A stretch of DNA of 64,000 nt from contig JBILLK010000006.1 in assembly GCA_044376115.1 (NCBI GenBank), positions 352,001 to 416,000 on the forward strand. Reading direction: 5' to 3'. The stretch's first letter is position 1, and the number at the start of each line of letters is the position of its first letter. Shown here piece by piece: positions 50,450 through 60,410 of the stretch. The notes below the pieces were generated by a model that saw only the letters and a list, made by a program, of their open reading frames with translations, ran no database searches and was not told where the DNA came from. This DNA comes from Polyangiaceae bacterium (GTDB lineage Bacteria > Myxococcota_A > Polyangia > Polyangiales > Polyangiaceae). Position numbers and translations under genes: made by a program.

Positions 50450-51331
50450 ATGCGCTGCCGAACCCTGCTTGCTCTTGTGTGTGTACTCGGCTGCGGGGAT
50501 CCCGCGACGACTACTTCGGGCTCGGCGACGGCCTCGGCTCGCCCTTTGGCGCTGGGCTCTGCCTCTGCAGCGGCGACGGCGAGCAGCCGAGCTTCGGCCG
50601 CCGCATCGTCGGTCGTGGTCGCAACGCCGAAGGAGCAGCGCCCGCTCTACTACGACCGCCCGATCACCGAGGAGGATCTGCGCGGACGTTCGCTACGCGA
50701 GCTCTCGCTCTTGCGCAACACCATCTACGCGCGCACCGGCAACGTGTTCCGCAGGCCCTGGCTGGCCGAGCACTTCAAAGCCCAGGCTTGGTACAAACCG
50801 GGCAACAAGCCGGAGCAGGTCGAGGTGCCCAAGCTCGACCGAGAGAACGCCGAGAAGATCGGCGAATACGACGCCAAGCTGACGAAGGAGCAGCTCGAGA
50901 AGATGCTCGCCGAGGTCGAGGCGCGCGCCTCGGCTCCACGTCCCGAAGACAAGATCGAACTCTCGCTCTTGTCCCAACGGCTGGGTCGCTTCGTCGGTGG
51001 TGAAGCAGCGATGGCCTCTCCGCTCGAGGAGGTTGCCCGGCTGGACAAGCTCTTGTCGGTGGACGACTTAGCCACGCTCTCGAAGCGGGATCTGCGCATC
51101 TTGCGCAACACGATCTACGCGCGCCGCGGTCGCTCCTTCGAGTCGAAGGTGGTGCGCGGGTACTTCGAGACCGCGAGTTGGTACAAGCCGCGAGCCGACT
51201 ACAGCGACGCGCTGCTTAGCGAGATCGACTCGAAGAACATCGCGATCGTACGCAGTGTGGAGGACAGCCTGGGCGGGCCCGAACACGAGAATCCGAACTA
51301 CGGCAAAGACGGCTGGTTCATCCAAGCGTGA
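50450..51331 (+). CDS. Lipoprotein with two YARHG domains
   Basis: LRNTIYARTG..F..WY and LRNTIYARRG..F..WY. Confidence 0.88.
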   Translation: MRCRTLLALVCVLGCGDPATTTSGSATASARPLALGSASAAATASSRASAAASSVVVATPKEQRPLYYDRPITEEDLRGRSLRELSLLRNTIYARTGNVFRRPWLAEHFKAQAWYKPGNKPEQVEVPKLDRENAEKIGEYDAKLTKEQLEKMLAEVEARASAPRPEDKIELSLLSQRLGRFVGGEAAMASPLEEVARLDKLLSVDDLATLSKRDLRILRNTIYARRGRSFESKVVRGYFETASWYKPRADYSDALLSEIDSKNIAIVRSVEDSLGGPEHENPNYGKDGWFIQA

Positions 51332-52344
51332 TGAGCCAGCCAGCGCCCGGTCGGGTGCTCTTTCTGCTGACGCTCGCGGGGCTCGCCCTGCCAGCGTGCG
51401 AGCGCGCGAGCGAAACCTCGGCTCGGCCGAGCGCCGCTTTGCCAACGCCGAGCGACACCGTCGCGCCCGCCGCGCCCAGCGGCGCCGCTGCTGCGCCCGT
51501 CGAGCTTTGGTTTGGCGGTGACGTGCATTGGGGCAAAGGCCGCGACGTTGCCGCGCGGTTGGCCCTGCTCGGCGAGCGACTGCGCAGCGCGACCGGCTTC
51601 GTCAATTTGGAAGGCCCGCTCTCCGCCGGCGCTGGGCCGGGCGCGAGCATCGACGCGAACAACAAGGTCATGCTTTCCAACGAGGCCGCCTTCCTCCCCG
51701 CGCTCGTGGGCGCCGGTGCGCGCTTCATCGGCATCGCCAACAATCACGCGGACGATCTCGGCGCCCGTAGCGTCGAGACCACCCGCCAGCTGCTGCGTGA
51801 GGGCGGGCTCGAGGCGGTGGGGCTCAGCGCCGGTACGAGCAGCCTCGAGCATGACGGCCAGGCGCTGCACTTCGCGGCCTACGATCTGCTGACCAGCGCG
51901 CCCGCCGAACGTTCGCGCGAGTTGACCGCGCTCGGGCGAAAGCCGGGGCTCATGATCGTCGCCTTCCACGACACCGGGCCGCCTTCCTATTTACCCAGCG
52001 CTCGCTTGCGCACCGCTGTCGACGAGGCGATCGAGCTCGGCGCCGATGTCGTCGTTTCACACGGCACCCACGCGCTCGCGCCGGTCGAACGACGAGGCCC
52101 AGCGGTGATCGCCTGGGGCCTCGGCAACCTTCTCTTCGACTGCAGCTGCACCCGCGAACGCGACGGCCTGATCCTTAGCGTGCGCTCGAGCTCCGCAGGC
52201 CTCGAGGCCACCGTGCTCCCGATCGATGCAGGGCTCGGCGACGCACCGGTGCAGCTCTCGCACGACCCAGCGTTGATCTTTGATCTGCTCGAGGCGATCG
52301 GTAGTTCGCCCTTGGTGCGAAAGGGCGAGCGGGCGGGCTTTTAG
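51331..52344 (+). CDS. CapA family (PGA_cap) metallophosphatase-fold lipoprotein
   Basis: GGDV, VNLEGP, ANNHADD, GADVVVSHGTH, GLGNLLFD. Confidence 0.85.
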   Translation: MSQPAPGRVLFLLTLAGLALPACERASETSARPSAALPTPSDTVAPAAPSGAAAAPVELWFGGDVHWGKGRDVAARLALLGERLRSATGFVNLEGPLSAGAGPGASIDANNKVMLSNEAAFLPALVGAGARFIGIANNHADDLGARSVETTRQLLREGGLEAVGLSAGTSSLEHDGQALHFAAYDLLTSAPAERSRELTALGRKPGLMIVAFHDTGPPSYLPSARLRTAVDEAIELGADVVVSHGTHALAPVERRGPAVIAWGLGNLLFDCSCTRERDGLILSVRSSSAGLEATVLPIDAGLGDAPVQLSHDPALIFDLLEAIGSSPLVRKGERAGF

Positions 52345-52365
52345 CGGCAAGAGTGCGTCTCGGCT

Positions 52366-52767
52366 TCAACGCCCATTCCGCTGTTTGACCTTCTCGAGTC
52401 CCTCCGCGATGCGCTTCTTGTTCTCCTCGAGCTCCTTTTTGACGCGGTCGATCTCGGCTTGATCCTTCTTAGCGATCGCACGCTTGAGTTGCTCTGCGAG
52501 CACGGCTCCGCGGGCGCTGGTAACCGTTCCCTCGAAGGCGAGCTCGTTGCCTAAGACGTCGCCGCAGGCCCGGTTCACCTTTCGACCTTGCGGTGTAATC
52601 TGCTCCGGCCCACCGATCTCTTTCCAAAGCTCGCAGTCTTCTCCGAGCTCGGAACAGACTTTGTCGCAGAGTTTCTCGCAGTTGTTGCACGCTCCAAGTC
52701 CAACGACGGCTCCCAGGATCATTGCGGTCAAGGCGAGGAGCTGACGAGTTGCTGTCTTACGAATCAT
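52366..52767 (-). CDS. Hypothetical lipoprotein
   Basis: LGAC lipobox, CxxxCxxxC, C-terminal coiled coil. Confidence 0.65.
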   Translation of the reverse strand: MIRKTATRQLLALTAMILGAVVGLGACNNCEKLCDKVCSELGEDCELWKEIGGPEQITPQGRKVNRACGDVLGNELAFEGTVTSARGAVLAEQLKRAIAKKDQAEIDRVKKELEENKKRIAEGLEKVKQRNGR

Positions 52768-52882
52768 GTCCCAATGCCCTTTCGAGGTTCGGCCTCTCCC
52801 TCAAGTGAAGGAACGAGCCCTTTGGTTCACATGATACGCTCTTTTCGTTTCGTCACCGGTGCGTGAATGGGCGCGGCTTCAG

Positions 52883-54160
52883 CTATTCCAGCGTGCAATC
52901 CGCTGCGCCAACCGGCAGACCGCCGCTCCACTGCGGAGAGGTGATCGCGGGGTAATAGCCGACGATGTTGAAGCACATCTCGTGGTTGGTCTCTTCGCCG
53001 TAGGGGACCATTTCATTGGTGGAGTTTTCCCAGCTGCAGATGGTTCGAACGCGGTCTCCTACGTCGATATCGATGTCGGTCGGGTAAAGCAGCTGGCTCT
53101 CGAAGCTGAAGTTCGTGTCGACGATGGTTCGCTCGTCGCCGCTCGGGGAAGTGACGGTGGTTTGCATCGCGCGCCCCAGGCTGTGCATGTGCGGCCAGCT
53201 TTGAAAGATGTGAACCGGCATCACCGGCTCCGCCTGCGTTGGGACCGAGAAGTCGCAGGTGAGCTCGCTCTTGGTGTTGGGCGGTAACACGAAGTCCGCC
53301 CCGCCGAAGGACATCACGCCAGCGTCGAATTGGCGCAGCTCGTCGGTGGTGCACATGTCGACGCGCGTGTCGTCGGTCAGGTCCTCGGCGTCCGCGTAGT
53401 TGTTGTAGTGCATCTGGATCACGAGGTTCGCCGTCTCGCCGCTCTCCAGCGGAAAGCCGGCTTGTTCGGGCAGCTCGTAGGCCGGTGCGCCCGGCGCCCA
53501 GGCGTAGAGCAACTCCCACTTGGGCGGGAACAGCGCGCAGTCGAAGGGCTCTTCGCTCTCGGCGTTGGGCGTACGGAAGACCAAGAAGTGGTGGACGATG
53601 GTCGCGTTGTCGATGGCCGGCCCGAGCCCGACGATATGACGTTTGGGGCCGTTGTTCTCGACCTGCATGCCGAAGCACTTGGTCTCATCCTCGACACCGG
53701 CGGGCATGGTGTAGGGCGCCTTCTTGCTGAGCACGACGTCGGGCGTGCAGTTGAGCGTCGCTGGTGCGCCGCCCTCGTTGGTCGGCTCGCAGGATTCGCC
53801 CTCGGCCCGTGCTGGCATGCCGGCGTCGAACCAAGCCGAGAGGACGTTGACCTCCGCGTCGGTCAGCGCCTCGGCTGGCGCCGGCGGCATCGGCGAGGTG
53901 GTGGCGCGGACGCGCGCGAGGACCAGCTCCGTGAGCGCCGTTCCGTCTTTCCCTGTGCCGCTGAAGTCGTCGACGTTAGTGAGCGGCATCGGTGCGCCGT
54001 AGATCGGCGGGTCAGCGTGACAGCTCGTGCACTTGGCCATCACCTCTTGCACGTCGCAAGGCAACGCCTTCGCCGGATCATTCGAGTCGCCGCTCGAGCT
54101 GCTATCACCACAGGCCGCAGCCGTAAGTCCCACCAGCAAAAGCCACCCGCGCTTGTTCAT
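52883..54160 (-). CDS. Lipoprotein: c-type cytochrome domain fused to copper type II (DBH/PHM-like) monooxygenase
   Basis: AAAC lipobox, CTSCH..MPP, then IVHHFLV, QMHYNN, WPHMH, EMCF. Confidence 0.85.
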   Translation of the reverse strand: MNKRGWLLLVGLTAAACGDSSSSGDSNDPAKALPCDVQEVMAKCTSCHADPPIYGAPMPLTNVDDFSGTGKDGTALTELVLARVRATTSPMPPAPAEALTDAEVNVLSAWFDAGMPARAEGESCEPTNEGGAPATLNCTPDVVLSKKAPYTMPAGVEDETKCFGMQVENNGPKRHIVGLGPAIDNATIVHHFLVFRTPNAESEEPFDCALFPPKWELLYAWAPGAPAYELPEQAGFPLESGETANLVIQMHYNNYADAEDLTDDTRVDMCTTDELRQFDAGVMSFGGADFVLPPNTKSELTCDFSVPTQAEPVMPVHIFQSWPHMHSLGRAMQTTVTSPSGDERTIVDTNFSFESQLLYPTDIDIDVGDRVRTICSWENSTNEMVPYGEETNHEMCFNIVGYYPAITSPQWSGGLPVGAADCTLE

Positions 54161-54326
54161 GCGGAAACACATCGCAAGCCGCGTGCCGCTACGTGAGGCC
54201 GCTTCTGCGCGAAAAAAGCTGGGTCTCTCAGGCCGAAGCGAGGCGTGCCAGCCTCCGGCGTGGCGTGCACGCCTCGCACCCGCTGCTCCACCTTTTGCTA
54301 TCCGTAAAAGTACCGTTACCGTAGCC

Positions 54327-55853
54327 ATGGGACTCTTCACCCGGGCCGAGCGAAGCTATCCAAACGGCACCATTCGAGTCAGCGACGAAGGGCTGCGGGC
54401 CCGCCTCGGCTTCATCGGCTTGAACGAGGTCGACTTGGGCGTTGTCCAGGCGTGGGGAGAAGTCTGTCGCAACGCTCTCCCGGCCGTGACGAAGGCGTTC
54501 TACGCGGCCGTCACGGGGACAGCGGCAACGCGTCGAGTCCTCGAGAAGCACACCACGGCGGCCAAACAGAGACCGGTGATGGCGCGTTACCTCGCAACGC
54601 TGTTCGACGGTCGCATCGACGATGCCTGGATCCAGCTCCGGCTGCACGTAGGCAAGCGCCACGACCAGATCGATCTCGACTGCATGTTCTACTTCGGCGG
54701 CTACGAGAGGGTGCGTGCTGGCTTCGCCGCTGCGGTCAAAGAGGGCGGCGCCACGCCCAACGAGTTGGCTCGCTTTTGTGACGCTTTGGGGCGCCTACTA
54801 TTCGCCGACGCCGCCATAACGCTCAACGCCCTGATGGAATCGCGGGCTGTCAAGCTGGCGCGCTCCGAGCGCTTGGAACGCGAGCGCTTCGGGCTCTTCA
54901 TTGCTGCGGTCAAACAAACGGTAGGAGAGATGGCTGGTGGCGATCTAACGGCGCGGATCGCGTCGTCGGACGATGCCAACTTCGAGCAGGTGGCGAGCCT
55001 ATTCAACGGGGCGATCCGCGACATTGGCAGCGCGATGGCGCAGGTGACCGAGGCAGCGGCGCAGATTGCGAAGGCCTCGCACGAGGTCACGGCGGGAAGT
55101 CAATCGAGTGCGCAGGACACCAGCAAGCAAGCGACGACGCTCGCTACGATCTCCGGCTCGCTGGAGGAGATCACTGGCGCGAGTCGGCTCACCGCATCGA
55201 ACGCCTCGGAAGGTCGCAAGCGGGTCGAACGCGCCGTCGACGACGCCACGGAAGGACTTTCGGCGATGACCAGCCTGGCCGACACGATCGGTCGCATCAA
55301 AGAGTCGAGCGATCAGACCGCGCGCATCGTGAAGACGATCGACGAGATCGCCTTCCAGACCAACTTGCTCGCGCTCAACGCGGCGGTCGAGGCTGCCCGG
55401 GCGGGCGACGCAGGACGAGGCTTTGCCGTCGTCGCCGAGGAGGTCCGCAGCCTGGCCATCCGCAGCGCGGAGGCCGCCAAGACCACCTCGCGCATGATCT
55501 CCGACGCGCAGCTGAGCGCCGACGCAGGCGTCTCGGCCGAGAAGGAGGTCTCCTCCAAGCTCACGGCGATCTGCGCGGGCGTGCAGTCGGTTCGCGAGCT
55601 GATCGAGGCCATCTCGCAGGCGGCCACCTCGCAGACGAGGAGCGTCGAGGCCATTCTCACGTCGGTGGGCGATATCGCCAGTAGCAGCCAGCACGCGGCC
55701 TCCGCGGCGGAGCAGTCCGCCAGCGCTGCGGAGGAGCTCTCTGGCCAAGCCGCAGCGCTACGCGAGACCGTGGCGCGCTTCCGCGTGCCACGCTCTGGAA
55801 ACAAGCTCCTCCAGCTCAAACACCATCCGAGCCAGCAAGCGCGCGTCGCCTGA
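54327..55853 (+). CDS. Globin-coupled methyl-accepting chemotaxis protein (HemAT-like)
   Basis: Protoglobin-like [18 protein letters not shown]-like segment, [34 protein letters not shown]. No TM segments. Confidence 0.9.
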   Translation: MGLFTRAERSYPNGTIRVSDEGLRARLGFIGLNEVDLGVVQAWGEVCRNALPAVTKAFYAAVTGTAATRRVLEKHTTAAKQRPVMARYLATLFDGRIDDAWIQLRLHVGKRHDQIDLDCMFYFGGYERVRAGFAAAVKEGGATPNELARFCDALGRLLFADAAITLNALMESRAVKLARSERLERERFGLFIAAVKQTVGEMAGGDLTARIASSDDANFEQVASLFNGAIRDIGSAMAQVTEAAAQIAKASHEVTAGSQSSAQDTSKQATTLATISGSLEEITGASRLTASNASEGRKRVERAVDDATEGLSAMTSLADTIGRIKESSDQTARIVKTIDEIAFQTNLLALNAAVEAARAGDAGRGFAVVAEEVRSLAIRSAEAAKTTSRMISDAQLSADAGVSAEKEVSSKLTAICAGVQSVRELIEAISQAATSQTRSVEAILTSVGDIASSSQHAASAAEQSASAAEELSGQAAALRETVARFRVPRSGNKLLQLKHHPSQQARVA

Positions 55854-55988
55854 GCGCGCCGACTGACGCAGACAAAATGACTTAGGCCGTGAGCGGCCGA
55901 ACGATTCTCTGTCCACCTTGCGCTCGAGCTCTCGAAAACCATTGGGAAGCGGGCGGACAAAGGCTGCCGCTCGCACTGAGGGCTTGTC

Positions 55989-57044
55989 ATGTCGATGATC
56001 AAGATGCTGAATCCGTTGGCCGCTGTTTGGTTGTGCTCGGTGATTTCGCTGGCTGCTGGGTGTGAGAGCGAGACGGGAACGGGAGGCGGAGGCGCAGGGG
56101 CAGCCGGCGGCTCCGGCGGCGAAGGTGGCAGCGGGGAAGGGGGCGCGCAGGCGGAGCAGGGCACTCGGATGTTTGTGCTCAGTCTGAATTCCGGCGTCGC
56201 GAGCTTCAGCAACGCCGAAGAGGCGAACGGCTCCGTCGCTTCCAAGACCTTGCTCAACGCAGGCCCGGACAGCGGCATGTACGGTCCGCGCGATCTCGAG
56301 CTGGACGCCGCCGGTACGCTGTACGTCGCCTCGGAGAACGACGGTTCGGTGGTGATGTACGAGCAGGCCGAACAGGCCAGCGGTATGGTCACGCCGTCGC
56401 GTCGGCTGGCCGGCGCATCGACCGGCGTAGTGGCACCGATCGCCCTCGCGATCGACCGCAGCTCCGACGAACTCTACGTCGTGAACAGCGGCTCGATCGG
56501 TTCGGTGGATACGCGTATCCGCGTGTTCGCGAAGGGCTCGACGTTGGATGGCGAGGTCGCGCCGGCGCGCACGATCGAACCGGAGGTGGAGGGCTTCGCG
56601 CCGATCGGCCTCACCTTCGCGGGCGGCGCGCTCTACGCCGTGACGCAGACCACCAACTCGACGGCCGTGCTGGTGTTCGAGGACGTGGCCTCGGCCGATG
56701 GCCTGGTTGCGCCGAGCCGCACCGTGACGCACCCGGACTTCGGCAGCGCTGCAGCGGTGCACGTGACGGCGGAGGGCAAGCTCGTGGTGGTGGATGAAGC
56801 GGCCAGCGTGTTCGTTTTCAACGCTGGCGAAGCCGAGCCCAGCCTGGTGTTCGAGATCGAGGGCGCGAGCGCGCTCAACGCAGCCCACGGCCTCGAGAAT
56901 GGCGCCTTGCTCTTCAGTGATCGCTCGCAGAACCGCGTGTTTGCGCTCGATGAAGGCCTTCCCACCGCTGCAGGGCCGATCGCCCCGTCACGTACGATCG
57001 AGAGCGAAGACATCTTGTTGCCGGGGGCTCTCGGCTCGAACTGA
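55989..57044 (+). CDS. Beta-propeller (NHL-like) lipoprotein
   Basis: AAGC lipobox, repeated G.VAPSR(T/R)I and LYV motifs. Confidence 0.7.
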   Translation: MSMIKMLNPLAAVWLCSVISLAAGCESETGTGGGGAGAAGGSGGEGGSGEGGAQAEQGTRMFVLSLNSGVASFSNAEEANGSVASKTLLNAGPDSGMYGPRDLELDAAGTLYVASENDGSVVMYEQAEQASGMVTPSRRLAGASTGVVAPIALAIDRSSDELYVVNSGSIGSVDTRIRVFAKGSTLDGEVAPARTIEPEVEGFAPIGLTFAGGALYAVTQTTNSTAVLVFEDVASADGLVAPSRTVTHPDFGSAAAVHVTAEGKLVVVDEAASVFVFNAGEAEPSLVFEIEGASALNAAHGLENGALLFSDRSQNRVFALDEGLPTAAGPIAPSRTIESEDILLPGALGSN

Positions 57045-57713
57045 GCGCTGCTGCTGGCGTCGAATCAGCCATTCGGCGACGCCAGCGTTGAGCAGCCACC
57101 CCGCGCCCATCGCGGTGGCGTAGGAAGCCTCTGTATCCACGCCGAGGCCGAAGGTCACCGGGATCAACACGAGCGCCTGCGTTCCAGCGGCGATGCCCAG
57201 CGCATAAGCGCGCTTCATCCAGGCGCCGTGGCCGACGAAGTCACGGCGCAGCAGCGCGACCACGCCGGCCGCAAGGAAGGCCGCCATCGTGCTGCCCACC
57301 ACCAGGCGCATCACGTTGAGGGTCGTCCCAACGCCGGGCGCCGGCGGGAAGAACAACGCCATCCAGACCCCGGCCAGCGCCGCGACGATGCCGAGTGGCA
57401 CGCTGCTCCAGCCGCTCACGCGGTGAAGTTGCGGTGCTCGGCGGCGTAGCCCAGGGGAGAACTGCAACGCGCCCGCTAGCGTGAAGCCGGTGGCCCCAAC
57501 GATGTGAAGCAGGATTGGTAGTGGCTGATCGTGAAAGCGTTGTTCGGGCGGCATCGGGCTGGGCGCGCCGCTCAGCTCGAGCACGCGCATGACGCCGGAG
57601 AGCACCGGGATGGCGCCCAATGCGAGCAGGCCCAACGGGATCAGCCAATCGCTCGACGAAGAGGCACGCTGCCGGGGGAGGGGACGGGAGGTTGCGTTCG
57701 GGGGACGTTGCAT
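56988..57713 (-). CDS. DUF2306 family membrane protein
   Basis: LHIVG..GALQF..RRR.P.LHR.SG, H.AWM.RAYA, AGWLLN..VAEW. Confidence 0.8.
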   Translation of the reverse strand: MQRPPNATSRPLPRQRASSSSDWLIPLGLLALGAIPVLSGVMRVLELSGAPSPMPPEQRFHDQPLPILLHIVGATGFTLAGALQFSPGLRRRAPQLHRVSGWSSVPLGIVAALAGVWMALFFPPAPGVGTTLNVMRLVVGSTMAAFLAAGVVALLRRDFVGHGAWMKRAYALGIAAGTQALVLIPVTFGLGVDTEASYATAMGAGWLLNAGVAEWLIRRQQQRSVRAESPRQQDVFALDRT

Positions 57714-57801
57714 GCCGAGCACCATCGCCACCTTGGGCCTCTGCGCCTATGGCCCGAAAGTGCCGTTTTGTATCGGCCAAAAGGCTGAGACCCTCACGCG
57801 G

Positions 57802-59850
57802 CTAGCCTGTCAGCGCTGAGAGCTCGCGATCGAAAAGAGCCCGCAGCGCGCGTACGAAACCATCAGCATCGCCCAACGGGCCCTGCAGCAGACGGTCTCG
57901 TTGGGCTGGGCGCTCGGCGGCGAGTTGCTCACGTTGGCTCATGGCTTGAACGGCCTTGCTTACGTACGCCTGCTTGCTGGCGACGGCGTAGTCGGCGAGG
58001 CCCACAGCCGTGAGCAGGCTGCGTCCAACCCTGGAGGCCGGCTGTTCGCCGAAGAGCGAAACCACCGGTACACCCATCAGCAGCGAATCGCAGGTGCTGG
58101 TGGTACCGGCGTACGGAAACGTATCCAGCGTGAGATCCACCTGCCGATAGTCCGAAAGCGCGTGCTGGTAGCTGGGCGACCAATCGCGCAGTTCGACGCG
58201 CTGTTCAACGCCGCATTCGGCCAAACGCCGGAGCACACGCTCGCGCACCAGCGGGTCCTGGGTACCTCGCGCTTTGAGCAGGAGCTTTGCGTCCGGCACC
58301 GCTTGCAACACTGCGGCGAATAGCTCGAGCTGCGTATCCGACCATTTGCATACGCGATTGAAGCAACCGAAGGTGGGTGGCCCGTCCACCCGCGCGAGTT
58401 CGGGCAACGGGCCCTGCGGTTGATAGACCCACGCACAACGCCCGAGGTAGCTCAGCCGTTCGCTGAAGTTGGCTTGCGTCTCCGGTGGATCACACTGCTC
58501 ATCGCTGATGCGCAGGTCGATCGTCGCGAGGCCGGTGGTGCTCGGATAGCCGAGGTAGCTGGCCGTCAGCGGTGCCACGCGCTCGGCGAGGAGCTCCAAG
58601 CCGCCGAGCGATGAGTGCCCGACGAGATCGACCACCACGTCGAGTTCGAGCTCGCGGATCTGAGCCCGCGCAGCCGAGAGCGAGAGTCCGGTCAGTTCGC
58701 TGAACGCGAAGCGGCTGCGCAGCTCACGAGCCACCCGGTCGTCGTAATGGGCCGTGGAAAGCAGGTGCGGCGTCATGCCATGCGCCGCGTGCAGCTCGAG
58801 CAAAGGGCCAAGAAAGCGAAGCACTACGTGCTCGCGAAAATCAGGCGATAGATAGCCGATTCGGAGCGGCCGACCGGAGCGCGGCGCTACCTTCGGCCGA
58901 GCCGATGCCACGCCCCCGAGCGTACTGGCCCAGGCCTCATGCTCGGCTCGCAGCTCGGCTGCGGAGACTCGATCGTGATGCGAAAGGTAGAACAACAGCG
59001 ATTGCTGGACACGCTGGAGGTTTGCGGTGCCCGCTGCCAACAAGCCGCGGCCGATCGCGACGGCCTCTCCGACTGCACCTGCATAAAAGTGCGTCTGCGC
59101 TCGAGCCTCGGCTAGTTCCGCAGGCTCGGCTCCGCGAAGCTCCGCACCGACGACCTCGAGCGCGCGGCTCAACTCATAGCGTTCGGTGTGGCAGATCCCG
59201 AGCCGAACGCGGGCTTCGCGCGCGGGGCTGGTATCTGCGCCGCTGTCGCGGGCAACCACCTGCGTGAGAAACCTGCTCGCACGCTCCCACTGCTCCAGAT
59301 CGAAGTGCGCGGCGCCCAGCGCGCGCAAGCTGCGTAGCTCTGCGTTCGCGCCCTCCGGCTCGAGCGACGGAAACAGCGCCAAGACATCGCGAGGCCGGCT
59401 TTGGTTGAGCAAGAGCTGGGCGAGCGCGAGCCGGGTCTCGAGATCGCCCGGGACGCGTTCGAGCGCCTCGCGCAAGAGCTGCAACGCCTCTTCGCCCTGG
59501 TCCAACTTCGCTAGCGTGAGGGCGAGCCCGCGAGTGGCGCGCAGGTTGTGCCGGTCGAGCGCGAGCACCTCACGATAGCGTTGGGCTGCGCCAACAAAAT
59601 CTCCAGCGTTGAAGGCCAGCTGACCGAGGTTCGCGATCAGCCGCGTGTCCTCGGGGCTGAGCGCGAGGCCGGCCTCGAAGTCGGCCCGCGCCGAGGCTGA
59701 ATCGCCGTTCAAAAGGTGCGCCCGGCCGCGCAGCCGGAAGAGGTCGCTCGCAGGGCCGCGGGCGAGGGCCGCGTTGCATTGGGCCAGCGCCTCGCTTGCG
59801 TCTCCCGCGCGCAGCAGCGTTTCGATCTGGGCGAGCAAGGCCTCGGTCAT
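57802..59850 (-). CDS. TPR-containing GT41 (OGT/SPINDLY-like) glycosyltransferase
   Basis: N-terminal TPRs, RIGYLSPDFREH, DLVGH, YLGYPSTTG, FGCFN..K, LDTFPYAGTTSTCDSL.MGVPV. Confidence 0.9.
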   Translation of the reverse strand: MTEALLAQIETLLRAGDASEALAQCNAALARGPASDLFRLRGRAHLLNGDSASARADFEAGLALSPEDTRLIANLGQLAFNAGDFVGAAQRYREVLALDRHNLRATRGLALTLAKLDQGEEALQLLREALERVPGDLETRLALAQLLLNQSRPRDVLALFPSLEPEGANAELRSLRALGAAHFDLEQWERASRFLTQVVARDSGADTSPAREARVRLGICHTERYELSRALEVVGAELRGAEPAELAEARAQTHFYAGAVGEAVAIGRGLLAAGTANLQRVQQSLLFYLSHHDRVSAAELRAEHEAWASTLGGVASARPKVAPRSGRPLRIGYLSPDFREHVVLRFLGPLLELHAAHGMTPHLLSTAHYDDRVARELRSRFAFSELTGLSLSAARAQIRELELDVVVDLVGHSSLGGLELLAERVAPLTASYLGYPSTTGLATIDLRISDEQCDPPETQANFSERLSYLGRCAWVYQPQGPLPELARVDGPPTFGCFNRVCKWSDTQLELFAAVLQAVPDAKLLLKARGTQDPLVRERVLRRLAECGVEQRVELRDWSPSYQHALSDYRQVDLTLDTFPYAGTTSTCDSLLMGVPVVSLFGEQPASRVGRSLLTAVGLADYAVASKQAYVSKAVQAMSQREQLAAERPAQRDRLLQGPLGDADGFVRALRALFDRELSALTG

Positions 59851-59862
59851 CGCGACAAACGC

Positions 59863-60333
59863 TTACTGCGCGAGCGCCTCTTCGATCGAGCGGAGCAACT
59901 CGGTGTTGGTGGGCTTGGTCGAGCTGGGGAAGGCCTTCACCACTTTGCCTTGGCGATCGACGAGGTACTTGTGGAAGTTCCACTGCGGCTCGCCGGCCCA
60001 AGCCGATAGGAACTTGTACAGCGGTGAAGCGTGTTGGCCCTTGGTCACGACCTTCTCGAACAGCGGGAACGAGACGTTGTATTTCGTCTCACAGAAGGTC
60101 GCGATCTGCTCGGAGCTGCCCGGCTCTTGTTCGCCAAAGTCATTGCTCGGAAAGCCCAATACCACCACGTCGCGCTCGCGGTTCTGTTGCCACAGCTCCT
60201 CGAGCCCTTGGTATTGCGGCGTGTAACCGCAGGCGCTCGCCGTGTTGACGATCAGAACGACTTTGCCCGCGTAGACGCTGAGCGACTCCGGCGTGCCGTT
60301 CAAGCGATTCATCGTTAGTTCGTGAATGGTCAT
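59863..60333 (-). CDS. Glutathione peroxidase (Cys-type)
   Basis: NTASACGYTPQY, GFPSNDFGEQEPG, WNFHKYL. Confidence 0.93.
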   Translation of the reverse strand: MTIHELTMNRLNGTPESLSVYAGKVVLIVNTASACGYTPQYQGLEELWQQNRERDVVVLGFPSNDFGEQEPGSSEQIATFCETKYNVSFPLFEKVVTKGQHASPLYKFLSAWAGEPQWNFHKYLVDRQGKVVKAFPSSTKPTNTELLRSIEEALAQ

Positions 60334-60410
60334 GCTCTCTCCGCTGCAAGGACGGCGTCAGGGCTGGGAAAGCCAAACGGCGCTCATGATTGCAGTACAC
60401 TACTTTGCCC

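Noticed and set aside
37309..52767. Dense run of orphan Gly/Cys-rich lipoproteins as a single novel system or island
   Set aside because: Mixed orientations, no shared motif beyond lipobox and linker, and no mobility genes. This is typical of Polyangiales-type genomes.
59863..60333. Selenocysteine glutathione peroxidase
   Set aside because: The active-site codon is TGC (Cys), and there is no in-frame TGA.
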